Below, one piece after another: positions 37,771-50,146 of a stretch of 64,000 nt of DNA (positions within the stretch are counted from its first letter, which is position 1; each line of letters starts with the position of its first letter). This DNA comes from Ramazzottius varieornatus (taxonomy: Eukaryota; Animalia; Tardigrada), in contig BDGG01000007.1 of the NCBI GenBank assembly GCA_001949185.1, forward strand, positions 1,322,730 through 1,386,729, given 5' to 3'. The notes under the pieces are model-generated. The model ran no database searches, was not told the DNA's origin, and saw nothing but the letters and a program-made list of their open reading frames with translations. The position numbers and the translations under genes are program-made.

Positions 37771-39697
37771 TCATGTCGACTTCTGGCGTTGCAAGTCGCC
37801 AGTACTTCCTTTCCCTCCCCGGCGTTGGTGGACCTTCTTCAGAACGATGCCTAATGTGGTGATGACGTTGCCCAAGAAAAGGACGAAGAAGGCCACAGCA
37901 CACACTGCCACCTAAAAAAGCGACAAAAGACTTCAAAACATGGTGGACGAAGTCAACAAAATCGTTTTTCGAAGTGATGCACATTTCCAGGCTTTAACGA
38001 TGAGAAAGTGCGCCACCTGGGGAGACAATCTGCAGAATCGTACCTGCCACTCGCGACAGCGAGGGTCCTTCGACAAATTCCACAACGTATACGCGTTGTA
38101 CAGCTGGAAGAACTGGAAAAGAATAAAACAAAGATCAGCGCTGTAAACGTAACGAGGATGATAAGTACTGGCGAGAGCGTACGTAGCCTCCGAAGAGGAA
38201 GGGTAGAAGGAAGCCGAGTCCCCGGAACATCCACGAGTGGAAGCCCTCTGTAACCAACGAAATCATACCTGGTTCATCAGAATGAGGAAAGAGTTCCAGA
38301 ACGACTCACCGATCGTGATGTCCATGCCGGTGCTTCGTTCGCCCAACGCCTTCAGCTTATACAGCTGGCCATGCTGATATCGGTACTGCAAGACCTGAAC
38401 GAGCCCTGCAAAAAGAACGGAATCACATGCATGAAGCAAAATACTAACGAGGGAAAATTGTGAACCAGATCCTTTCTCCGAGTGGCGCGCGCTCTCACTT
38501 AATACCGACGAAAACGTGCGCCACTCAATATAACGTTCTGGTTTAATCCATTTGCCCAGGTCCCAGTCCAAGATTGGAAAGTTTTTCAAGTGCTTACCCA
38601 GGTAGAAGGAGAAGTAGTAGAACTGATTTCGGAAGGCCTGATAAATGGGCGTTTCTGGCCAGGTGACGAGAACCCCAGTGAGGAAAGTCGTGATGTAGTG
38701 GTGCGCGACCCACCACGCTTGAATTCTGCAAAACCCAATCCCTGATGTATTCCCGCAAACGAAAAATTTCACTATTGGTAAACAATCGACTGCAAGACTC
38801 ACTTAGAGCCATTTGCTCGTAAAATTCCCTCTCGGATCGTCAGTGTGCAGTAGTACCACACGAGCAGGAAGTGGAAAGCGGCGTCCATAAATCTACAACG
38901 AAGAGGAATTTCCACAGTTTTGTAAAGACGGACAACAGTTTCCGGTAGCTTCTAATACGAAATTTCTAACCTGTATTTGAATAGAAATAAGTTACAGAAG
39001 GATAAGACCGCCGATATCATGGTCACGACCAGCTTGAAATGCTCGTATTCGTCCTTGTATTGAAACCTGCAACACAGTGATCTCCATAAATCGCCTTCCA
39101 TTGTGTTCAATTTGGTTATGTCATCTCGCACCTTTGAGCTTTACTCATCAACGACAGGTTGAGATCTCCCAGAACAGTTCGCAGGTACAAACTACAAAGA
39201 AAAATAGCTGCTTCGACGCATCTGAAGTCCACATTACGGAATTCAATCATACTTGTTCCTCCTTGGGAGAGTGTTGGCAATATCCGTTAGCTGACTCTTT
39301 CTCGTGGTGATTTCTTCCTGCAGCTTTTCTATCTTCGCTTTGTCTTCCGTCGAGGTTGGTTTTTGCCTAGGACGAAAAGAACGGTTTCGATTGATTAAAA
39401 GCGGGCATTCCTATTTTTGAAGGCTTACTTTCTGAGGGAGTCTGAAATCTGCCGAAGGCGATAATTGTGATGTGCGAGATCTTTCAGTTGCTTGTTTTGA
39501 CTGGCATAAATCTTTTCCTGCTGCTCGACGTACAATTTATTTTGCTCCTGGAAACACCACAGCGAAAAGTGTGTATTGTAATATTCGTCTGACAACCGGA
39601 AGTCATATGATCTTGCCTCGAACTTCGTGAATTCTTCCGTCAGCGCTTCGAAGTCGGACGCTGCTACGTCCAGCGACTCGTTAGACGGACTGGCCAT
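37771..39697 (-). CDS. TMEM120: TMEM120 (TACAN/TMPIT family) membrane protein
   Basis: [80 protein letters not shown] and FQLYNAYTL across GT-AG exons. Confidence 0.93.
37960..38030. repeat. Intronic palindromic module (TMEM120 last intron)
   Basis: GTGATGC-N29-GCGCCAC at 37974. Confidence 0.7.
38465..38530. repeat. Intronic palindromic module (TMEM120 intron)
   Basis: GAGTGGCGC-N29-GCGCCACTC at 38482. Confidence 0.85.
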
Positions 39698-39959
39698 GTC
39701 CTCTCCTGCAAACATCAACTTCCACTTACTTTACAAATCCACGTTCGAAGAGAGGGAGTACCAAACAACTAACTTACCTGCTTGTGCACGTCGATTCCTC
39801 AGCGCCACTGGAAACTCACTGATCTATCTCGCTTGGGATCTAGCTTCCAGGCCTCCCGATGTCAACAACGACAAAAAGCATGCAGCATCGAAGGAGCCCG
39901 TATCAGAGTTACGTAACGAATCCGGCAGCGCCAGCAAAGCACGGCGAGAAAAGTCCACA

Positions 39960-40400
39960 GAAAGTTGACAAGTTCAGGTTCTATCGAGGCGATCGATCAG
40001 CTGTGTGGCCTGTGCCTTTGAGGCAGTGTAAGCTCTTTTCTAGGTGGTGAATGACACCCTATCGCCTGCCAACGCACCAGCTGACTAAGTTCAATACGTT
40101 GTTCAGACGCGATTTGGTAGGCAGAACCGAGCGATATTCTATGATCAGCTGACGCTGGCGTATGACGTCATCGAAACAGCTTTGGCGTTCATACGCCAAT
40201 GAGCTTGACTGTTGATTGATCAATGATCACTAGTCCGGCTGAAATATTCAGTGCTCACTGCTCACCGAATCTTTTGCGTGACATTTGCCTGTCCGTCCAC
40301 GATAGTCCTTCACGTCTGCTTCCTGCTTGACTGCATCGTCTTCATACCGTTCGACAGGATGGTATAACGGAGGAAGAAAGCTACTGTAACAGTGCTCAGC
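39960..40400. promoter_or_regulatory. Probable bidirectional promoter, TMEM120/PTCD3
   Basis: Head-to-head genes with start codons about 700 bp apart; perfect CRE TGACGTCA at 40163-40170 followed by CCAAT. Confidence 0.5.
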
Positions 40401-40404
40401 AAAG

Positions 40405-43348
40405 ATGGCTCCCGGTAAGCAAACGGCGAATCCAAACTCGCTTCCGGTCATGTGTATCCCCTTCTTGCTTTGCAGGTTTCGTTCCTTTCGTCTTTACGAT
40501 CGTCAAGCAAAAGCGACATTTAGTATGGACAATCTCCACTAGGACGGACCACAAGGGAACAGGAAGATTTCTCACATCGGCTTTCCGCAAAGAGAAGACA
40601 GCATTACTACGGCAGCGTCCAAAATTTCCCGAGATCTGGGAACCTGTTTCTGATCCTCTGCCTCCGATCAAGATCCCCCGGCGTATCGAACGATCTCCCA
40701 CAGCCGTTCTCGAAGCTTTATCTTCTACCGTCGGCAGGGATCCGACTGCTTTTCATTACAAATACATGGATGGTAAGCGTGGGAAACCGAAACAACTTGA
40801 GCTTATCGAATTTCGAAAAGATAGCAAGTTTGGTTAGCGACACGGACTGTTTGCATGCGTGAAATTGTTTGGTGGTTACTGGAAGGCTGTCCCTTGTGGC
40901 TTGCCGCACAGTGTATTATCGTTGTTTTGCAGATCCATATTTTCTTCCTACGAATGCAATGAGCAAGAGGATATTCGCCCTCTCCAAAGAGTCCGGTCGA
41001 AAGGCAGCTCGTTTCATGGTGAACAAATACCCTGATCTCTTTCAGCGGCCCGTGTCCGATCCCCAGATCCACGCGTTCTTCGCTTCGTCTCTCGCTGGCT
41101 ACCAGAAGCCCGAGAAGCCCACCGTCGACGACCTGCTCCAGCGTCTTCGAGCCGGCGCACACACAGCAGCCATGGAAGTTTACCGGGACCTGCAAGTCAC
41201 CGACCCTTCCACTATCAGTCAAGAAGTGCGACAGGAAATGCTGGAAAGGCTGTGTTGGTATAACGGTGAAGACGCCCAAGACTCGGACCTCTTTGAAGAA
41301 AGTTGGTTCGCGTTCTACCTTCAGAAGGACAGCCGGAAACGGTGGAACGCAGCTGGACCTGCACAAGAAATCTTCAGGTCGATGACGAAGACACCGGAAG
41401 CGTACGCGACCATGATTTGTGCCATGGCGAAGTATAACAACATGGATGGAGCGTATGCCATGTTCGAGGAGATGGAACAAGCCAATATGACAATTCCTGC
41501 ACAGGTGAGGCATTGTACATATTCATGACGTCATGCGTTCTACCGTGGTTTAACACCAACAACGGTTTTGTTGTCGATCTGTATGACGTCATGCGCAGCT
41601 TTAGCCGAACCGTATGCAGTTTGTACCCTAGCACGCGCCAGACTGAACAGAGGAGTTTTGGCTGGCCGTGTGGTTGGTTGAACCCGTATCGTTGGTTCTG
41701 TGCATTGATTGAACTGGTCTTTATTTGCAGGTTTACGCTGAGATGATTCGCGGAATTCCTTTCTTGAAAGACTCCATTGACTCCCGTTGGGAGCTCAACA
41801 TGGCCTTCTTGACCAAAATGAACAATGACGGCGTTCCACCAACTTTAGAAGTGTTCAACTCAGTCCTCGAACTTCTCTGGCGGTCTGCAGGGTGGAAGCG
41901 AGCGCGCCAGATGGCTTTGGCAGTCCTGTCTGAGATGCGGCAGCTGAACATCGAGCCTTCGCTAGCTTCTTACTCTTTCCTCCTACACATTTTCTGTCGA
42001 GAAAGAGGTCCGCTCAGTTACATATTGGTAGATATCCTTGGAGAGCTGAAAGGGAAGGAGTGGAAAATGAGGGACGCCAGAGATACGCTGTTCATGAGTG
42101 CGGCTATGGAAGTGGCGGGGAAGCACCTGCAGGACGCGGAAGTGGCCAAGAAAGTCCATGGGTTTTTGAACGAAGGAAGGAACGCACAGTTCTTGACAGA
42201 TGCAAACAGAGAACAGGTTTATTACGCCAGCTTCTTCCGGGCGTTGATTCACGGAGGCAGTGTGGAAGAGTTTTTCAAGTTTTATGATGAACTGGTCCCG
42301 ATGTCGTTTACGCCCGATCAGAATACTATGATGGACATTGTTGAGTAAGTAAACCATTCTTAAATAACCAAAGGATTGATCTTTGTATTCATTCAGGTTT
42401 TTTTGTAGGATGTTGGAATTTAATGATGGTGTTCAGCATCTTTCAAGAATCTGGTCTGACGCTGTTATCTTCGGCATTGGCATGAAAGAGACTTTCCTCG
42501 AGCCTTTCCTCCAGAAGCTCGTCAGCAACAGCAACAATACTGTGAAGTCCCAATTCGCTGCCATCGCTGAAGACGTCAAGACCCGAATGGATAAACAAAG
42601 TCCTGACCGGAGAGATTTGGTCCCATGGACAGGACCTTTACTCAGCAGCGTTATACTCTTGTTGATCAGGGATGGAAAGCTCGAACCAGCCTGGTCGGTG
42701 CTTTCCAACTACATGAACAACCAACACGCACTGGTAAGAACTGTGACCTAGGCAACCATAAGTCACAAGACCGCTTTTTCCAAGTGGTACTTGTTTCCAG
42801 TCCGTAAGACCGAGAACGTGCGTCACTTTGGAGAACTTAGCAGATCGTTCTACTCAAGTGGCGCACACTTACAGCAATTAACAGTAAAAATTTGCGCCAC
42901 TGGACAAACTTGACAAGATTGTTTTTCCAGGTGGCGCCCGTTTACATTGCTATTGGCTTAACCGTGCGCCACTTGGAAGAACTAACTTTTCAAGTTGTTT
43001 TCGAGCTCTCAACTTCCCCATCTTCCAATATGGAACACTAAAACTGAAGTAACTAAACTGTTCTTTCTCCAACTACTTTAGGTGGGTTTTCCTTCCATCG
43101 AAGCCATAACGGAAGTTATGGACGCCTTGGTGACCGCGAAGGACTCAGCGAGGGTGAAGTTATGCTTGAAGCTCGCCTCGGAACTTGGCTTTGTGGAAAT
43201 TACCGAGAAGACAGAAGACGTAACGCAGGCTTTAGGCTTGCCGAAACTGGAGAAAGAACAGTGGATGAGGTTGTTTACTTCTGTAGATTACAGCGATCCT
43301 TTTCGAAATGTTAAAAGACTGGAACCAGTGGCGGTCGGGGCAGTGTAG
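40405..43348 (+). CDS. PTCD3: Pentatricopeptide repeat protein PTCD3 (mitoribosomal mS39)
   Basis: IKIPRRIERSPTAVLEALSSTVGRDPTAFHYKYMDDPYFLP, ALSKESGRKAARF and PPR motifs (AYATMICAMAKY; PTLEVFNSVL; EPSLASYSFLLHIF). Exons about 40405-40414, 40476-40772, 40933-41503, 41731-42344, 42409-42733 and 43082-43348. Confidence 0.9.
42765..42985. repeat. Intronic palindromic module x3 (PTCD3 last intron)
   Basis: Units at 42784, 42858 (N29) and 42931 (N28); periods 74 and 73. Confidence 0.9.
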
Positions 43349-43737
43349 AGCAGAGTAGACTGTGGACCTGTCGTAATTTATAAATGCCCCATTTTACCTT
43401 TGGGATCTTGGTATTTTGTTGTTTTATTGTCGCTCGTAAACGTTTCTGTAGTGTGGGTATGTTGTGTTCCGTTATCGTTACCCGGAATGGACCTTGCTGT
43501 TTGAAACCGCCAAGAACGATAAAAACGAAACTGAACTTTGACTTGCTGTGCTCTTATCCTGCACGCGAAACACATTTGAGGAAAACAACGATAAAGATTG
43601 AAGTGTTTCTGATTGTCCGACAAAATGGCTGAACTTCGGCAGCGCTGTGCGAGACTCTTTCTGTGAGCGCCGTAAAGAGCATCTCAACAATATTTGTAGA
43701 ACGGTTTTGAAAACACGGAAATCTGCGTAAAATTAAT

Positions 43738-46519
43738 ATGGCACTGACATGCAAATCTCTGCTCTTTTTATTGCTGGTGGTTTCATCCGCTGTAAGACAA
43801 TGCTGGGCGAGGGATACTTCGGCTTTCCGTACGGCAAAGAACAACTTTGGCATCAAACCCCGGAACAAGACTCAACCAGCCGACAACTTCTCCTCACTGT
43901 CAACCAGCAGAAATGCCAGCACCAAGCTGCACAAGACCTGCAACCGCAACAAGGAAGAAGTCAACCTTGCTCACTGCTGGGCCGGTGAATGGACAGACTT
44001 TAGTATTAGTCCTAACGATTCCACCCATAGCGCAGAGGACCACGATGGCATTCAGCTCATCGGGCTCAACCCGGAAGTCAGCTTCGTCCCGCTGATCATC
44101 ACATTCATCCTCATCACAGCCTCTGTCCTAAAGATCGGTCTCCACCATTGCCAGACATTGTCGAAACATCTGCCCGAATCGTGCGTCCTGTTGATACTCG
44201 GTGTGGTTGTGGGGCTGATCGCCAATGTTTGGCTGGCCAGTTACAACCAATGTTTGAGGATACAAGAATCCTTCAATGCGCACGTGTTCTTTCTGTACCT
44301 TCTACCGGCAATTATGCTGGATAGTGCTTACTCTTTACACGATCGGGAGTTTATCAATAATTTGGCAACTATACTGATGCACGCCATCATCGGAACTCTC
44401 TTCAATACTTTTGCGATCGGAGTATCGTTATGGGGACTTTCAGCTGGAGGAATGCTGGGTTCTTCAGTGTCGTTGGGAATCGTAGAAGTCCTCGTGTTTA
44501 GTTCGTTAATTTCAGCAGTCGACCCTGTCGCTGTACTTGCGATCTTCCAAGAAATCGGGTAGGAAAAATCCCATCGTTTTTTTGTAGCCGAATTTCCTTT
44601 CAATGGATTTTGTTATTCAGGGTGAACGCAATGTTGTATTTCCTGCTCTTTGGTGAAGCCCTACTTAACGATGCCGTATCTGTCGTTTTATATCAGACAC
44701 TGATAATATTCAACACCCAAGAAGACAACATTACGAGCGGGGATATTGGAATGGGGATCGCAAAGTTCTTGGTTGTCAATATTGGAGGGTTTCTCGTCGG
44801 ACTTATCTGTGGCCTGCTTACTGCAGTAGGTCGCCGGCGATAAATCTTTTTATGAATCTCAGTGAAGTGACACTACGGATAACTATTGTCTTCGTAGGTT
44901 ATAACCAAGCACTCTGGAAAAGTTCGCGTCGCCGAACCTTTGACGATGTTGGTCATGGCTTATGCGGCGTATATTGTTTCCGACCTGTTGTACTTTTCCG
45001 GTATTATCGGCATCATAACATGCGGGCTGCTACAATGGCAATACGCCGTGCACAACATCTCCTTCAAGTCGCGGACCACTGTCAAATACGCCAGCAAAAT
45101 GATGGCGTAAGTGGGAAACAGACCACAAGTGGGAGGCCGGCAAACGGAACTAACAAAATTGTTCTGTCAAGTGGCGCGCGTTTGGGGTTAGAATCACCGA
45201 GAACGCGCGCCACTTTGGGAAACCATCGAATTCGACAAGATCGTCTTTCCCAGTGGCGCACGCTCCGGCCAATAATACCGGAAACGTGCACCACTCGGAG
45301 TAACTACCTTGTTTCGTTGACCGACCTTTCAGTTGTAAGATTCCCAAGAAAGAGACGAGTACCGTGTAAAAGGATGGAAACTGATTTCTAGGTCGTTTTG
45401 TGATGCCATTATATTTCTGACCTTGGGTATCACAATCGCGGATCCAATCCTACACAAGTGGAACGCCCAGTTCATTTTATGGACATTACTCCTGTGTCTG
45501 GTCTTCCGGTTTATTGGAGTCTACGCTCTGACATGGCTGGTGAATCAACTAACCCGAATACAGAAAGTCACCTGGCAAGAACAGTTCGTCGTGTCCTACG
45601 GAGGACTTCGAGGAGCTGTCGCCTTCTCGCTAGCACTCTTGTTGGTAGAAGACGACTTTTGCAACAAGGAAGTGTTTGTCACGACCACTGTTGTCGTTGT
45701 TCTTTTCACCGTCTTCATTCAAGGTCAGCTCAAACTGCAACATGAAGATAAGAGATCTCCGCGAACGATTTTTGTGGTCGTAGGAACAACAATCAGGCCG
45801 TTGGTGAATAAGCTGGGAATACGGAAACAGGAAGCGAAGAAGCCATCTCTGTTCCAGTCCGTCAATTTGACCATTTTCGATCACGTGATGGCCGGTATGG
45901 AGAAAATCGTTGGCCGACACGGCAAGCATTACTACCGCGAGAAATTCGAGCACTTCGAATATACTTACCTGAAGCCATGGCTGCAAAAGGTCCCGACAGA
46001 AAAAGATCGAAGCATCGTGGACACTATTAAAGGCCACATTATCAGGTACGAGGATAACAGTCTATCAGTCAGTACAATAAACGTGTATAAAGAGCCAAAG
46101 ACAAAATGATAAAAGTTTGAAGATGCACTGGCGCTCTTTTCCACGTTTGCCCTTACAGGGATCTTATGGAAGAAATCAAAGTGGTGCCCGCAGAAAACGA
46201 CAGTAAGCGGAGCAGCGTTTCTTCCACGCCAGCTTTATCGACCCCTGTCAAGGAAACGGGCGAACCGACCCTGATCTCTCTAGATGCCAGACGGGGTACT
46301 CGAGCTTTCTCAAACACGAATGGTTTCGTCCAGAGGAACGATGGCAAACCAGCGTCCGCACTGGGTCCGCCAGCGCGCCAGAAGATCTCCACCGTCTCAC
46401 TTCCCTCGGAAAGATGGCTGGAAAGTTTCAAGACAGTTCTTTCCTCCAGAAACAGCAACTACAGTTTAGACAGCATATCGACCATCGACGAGAACAACCT
46501 CGAAACACAACGCTTCTAG
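43738..46519 (+). CDS. SLC9A Na+/H+ exchanger (NHE1-5-like, plasma-membrane type)
   Basis: Signal peptide; PESCVLLILG, FFLYLLPAIMLDSAY, FSSLISAVDPVAVLAIFQE, LFGEALLNDAVSVVLY, YGGLRGAVAFSL and FTVFIQGTTIRPLV across six exons. Confidence 0.92.
45150..45300. repeat. Intronic palindromic module x2 (NHE intron)
   Basis: Units at 45171 (N29) and 45253 (N28), period 82. Confidence 0.88.
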
Positions 46520-46683
46520 CTAACTCTTATCTAGTTTCTCTTGACAGTCTGTTCCATTTTCAGAGTCTCGAACGAGCGACATGCGATCTCAGCCAGTTTT
46601 GTACAAAACTAAATTATCCCGAGGAAAATACTAGACAACTTCCTAAAACGCAGGATAGAGAAGAAAGAAAGTCACAAAAAATA

Positions 46684-49344
46684 TCACGATGATCTCGAAC
46701 GACTTCGATCTCTGCGATGTTTCAACTTCTTAGTACTCCTTTCACGTTCCTCCGAATCTTCGCGCAATCTCGATCGACGCTTCCTGGAAGACGTTCCGTT
46801 CTTTACGCGCTTTTTCTCTTCACGTCTCGACGATCGTTCCTTCTCTTTATCCGTTTCGGTCGAAGAGGATCTTCTTCGTCGTTCTTTATGTTCCTTCTTC
46901 GACTTCCGCTTTTGTTCACGGCTTATCGATCTCCTTTCTCTGCTCCTACTTTTACTTCTTCGCCTCCCTTCGTTCACTTCTTTCTTTCCCGTTTCGTCAT
47001 GTATCAACTCGAAAAAGGAGCCAGCCACCACACGGTTTGCCTTCATCACGATCTTCACTTCCGCGTCTTCGTTCTCCACAGCCTCCTTCGCCAGTTTCTT
47101 CGTCTCTTCCAGAGCTTTCTGCACCAACGAAATTCTCAATGCTTCCTTCTCTTCGATCTTCTGCTTGATCTTCAACGAAGCTTGTAACGCCTTCCTCTTC
47201 AACTCGGCTATTCTCGGATCAACTTCTAACGGTGTGGCATAAGAAGGCAAGGCTGGAGGAACCACTTCCGGTTTGTTTTCTTGTGGTGGTGGTTTCACTA
47301 CTGAGTCCTCCTTCTGTGTTATTTCCGTGTTACTGTCGTGTGAAGGTTCTTCGACTGATTTTGAGGAACGTAAAGTGTGTCTGAAAGCGTCGAGTAGAGC
47401 GGCTTTCCTTTCCATGTACAGCCCATTGTAAGGATGGTACCCATGGACAAAGCCAAACTTTGGATCGTCTGGACCATGCCGAGCCTTGATCATCTCCTCA
47501 AAGCACTCACCATTCTTGATCACATAGTTGGCAATCTTCTCTACAGCAGTTACGACCTCGGGAGGAGGACCAGAGGGCGAAGGACGCGAGCCTGTCTTGG
47601 GAGAACGGCCAACGGTCGAAGGCAAAAACCGACTCAGGTCCGTGCCGTCCACTTCCCCATCACGATCCGTGCCGTACACCCCCCGAGGTGAGCTCACAGA
47701 TGCCATGCCGTCCACTCTTGCTGTTTTGGGGTCCGGTTTCTTAATACTGAAACTTTTAACGGTCAAAGGGGAAACTGGACTTCTTTCTTTTACCTTCTCT
47801 GTGGAGGGCTTGGTGAGGCCAGCTTGAACTTTCTGGATGAGAGACCCGTAGATGGAAGGGCCGGAAGGTAGCTGAGGGAAGGCTACGGCGGATTTTGCTG
47901 GAGGACGTAGAGGCGCGACTTCTTTCGGATGGACCGTTGGGAGACGCGAGAACAGGGAAGTCTGGTAGTCGTCTTCTTCATCGGACGAACTTTCGGTAGG
48001 CTCTTCTTGGATCTGTTCTTCCGCAGCTATTGGTTCTTTCTCAGGCTTCTCTGATGGCTTGTAAGTTCCTGACTTGATGGCTTCGACGAGGAAGCGGTAG
48101 TACGGATAGAGTGCGTCTCTGGGCTGCAGAAAGTTGAAGGACTCGTTGTTGGCTTGCTTCGACCGGATGACGATCTCGAGCTGTGGACCCTTGTCCGCGA
48201 TGAAGAAGGCAGTCTTTTCGATGATGGTGTGGATGCGCTCGAACTGAGGCTGCAACGAAACCGGTAAATTAGTTCCACAGGCCAAAGATATAAGATCATT
48301 ATTTCAAGTGGCGCACAATTTCATTGCTGCTATTTGAAAGCGTGCGCCACTTGGAGGTCGCGGGTACGGACCAGCGAAATGTGAGCAGGAATATCAAAAT
48401 CGCTTCTCGGAACGAACGGCGTTTCTTCAAATAAATCGTCCGACGCTTTCTCTGCCTTCCTCTTCGTTGTCTCTTGAAGGACTTTCGAGTCTTTCGGTTC
48501 TTCTTTTAGCACGTCTTGAGCATTGGGATTAGCAGGGGTGGAATACGAGAAGCCAACTGCGCCATACGAGCCATTCTCCGCAGCTTTTCCTACTTCTTCT
48601 TCTCCTGAGGGAACTGGGCTAGAAATGGCTGCGAGGTAGTCTTCCTCCATCTCTACTTCATGGCGTTGCTTGACCAACATCTGTTGTTCTTCTTCCAGTG
48701 CCCGAAGGTCCCGATACCTTTCTTCGTCGCACAGTTCGTCATACCGTACATCGCCGTACAGCTCGTTTCCAACGAGGGTTCCATCAGGAAGACGATTGGC
48801 ATCATCTGGTGGCTGAAAGCTGTGCAAATGTCCACGAGCATCGTACCTGTAGAGCGAAGAAAAGAGAGAAGATGTTAGGGTGTGTTCCCAATCGAGTTGC
48901 GATAGACAAGGTAGAACTTACGAGTGTATGCGTACGTTGAAAAGCTTGACAAATGAAACCGTTTATTATCACTCTACAGGCACTGCATGCGATAGAGCAG
49001 GCACCTGGGGTATTCTTTCCAGACGAACCAACGCATTCCACCAACCCGTCAAACATCCCCCGGTTACGTCGCGGAACGATAGCCAGATACCCTGGGCATT
49101 TTCCCCCACTCGTCTAGTTCGCGTACCTGTCGATTAATAAGGCTTCATTGCCCATCCAAGGAATCAAATGCCGTCCCTTGTCGAAGAACGTGGCCCTTTC
49201 GTTGTCTCTAAAGACCCGACTGGCGTACCCAAAGACCAGCAGGTCCGGACGGGGCTTGGCCGTGTCTTCTTCCAGGCCAGGGGAGCCTCGGGGACCATCT
49301 GAGTCCGGACGTCGTCCCTTCTTCCATCGACGGTTTCGGTTCAT
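46684..49344 (-). CDS. SFSWAP: Splicing factor suppressor-of-white-apricot homolog
   Basis: DRY/EERY N-domain ([13 protein letters not shown]...LIPWMG...[11 protein letters not shown]; CDEERYRDL), two SURP domains ([17 protein letters not shown]; [16 protein letters not shown]) and an RS-rich tail. Exons about 49344-49127, 48847-48372 and 48251-46684. Confidence 0.93.
48290..48360. repeat. Intronic palindromic module (SFSWAP intron, about 120 nt)
   Basis: CAAGTGGCGC-N29-GCGCCACTTG at 48308. Confidence 0.88.
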
Positions 49345-50146
49345 GTCCACTCCGCACAAAAACTTTCTTTGCGGGTTTCTCCAATGTGTGGTTGCGTTAA
49401 ATCAAGGGTAAAAAAGTCGAACTTTAGACTGTCAAACGAGAAGTGACTCTTCTAAGAAGTAAGAAGATAACTTTTGGTGCCATTTTAACTTACAAAACGA
49501 TATTAAATCGTGCTTGAATCGTTAGTCAAACAACTGATGCAAATCCATCGGTACAAATGAGCGAACCGACTCTACAGTGGACACCCGAACGGCTGCACCA
49601 AACCTCGTGGTTGATGCTGTTACAATCTTAATATAATTGACACGTGCCAGGTACAGTTCTGGCACTTCCGGTGGTGTCAGGCTATACGTACAAGATGGCC
49701 ATGCGAAGTTATTCATATCCAGTTTACCACAACGCTTACCATTGCGCTCTATCTTCCAGATTTGTAGCACGCTGTGCTGGTCCAGGCGAGTATTGCTGGT
49801 TTATCCATGGTACGCATCTGCCTGGCAGGAATCAGGAGCCAGGAGAGGCCTGGAACACTTTAGAAGAAACCCATCCAGAACTTCTGATCCGCAGCATCCT
49901 TACCGATTCTGACAGCTATACCTCTTCCTCTGAACTTTCCTTGAACATCACTTTGTTTTGCTGGAGCGCCACGCAGTCCAGATTTACTGCATCCCGGCTT
50001 GAGGCATCTCGAGCTTTTTATCCTTTGTGCCGCTCCATCAGTGCATCAGCTTGCTTCTACTTACCTTTCTCCAGAGTTGCAGTTATCTCTTCCACAACCC
50101 TGCCTGATACAACCTTCCAGGACGTCCCGAGTCACCATCCGGCCTC

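Noticed and set aside
49644-50146. Upstream extension of the 265-aa ORF 49644-50441
   Set aside because: Non-ATG start that runs through the promoter/5' UTR and an intron; only the last part is an eIF4H exon.
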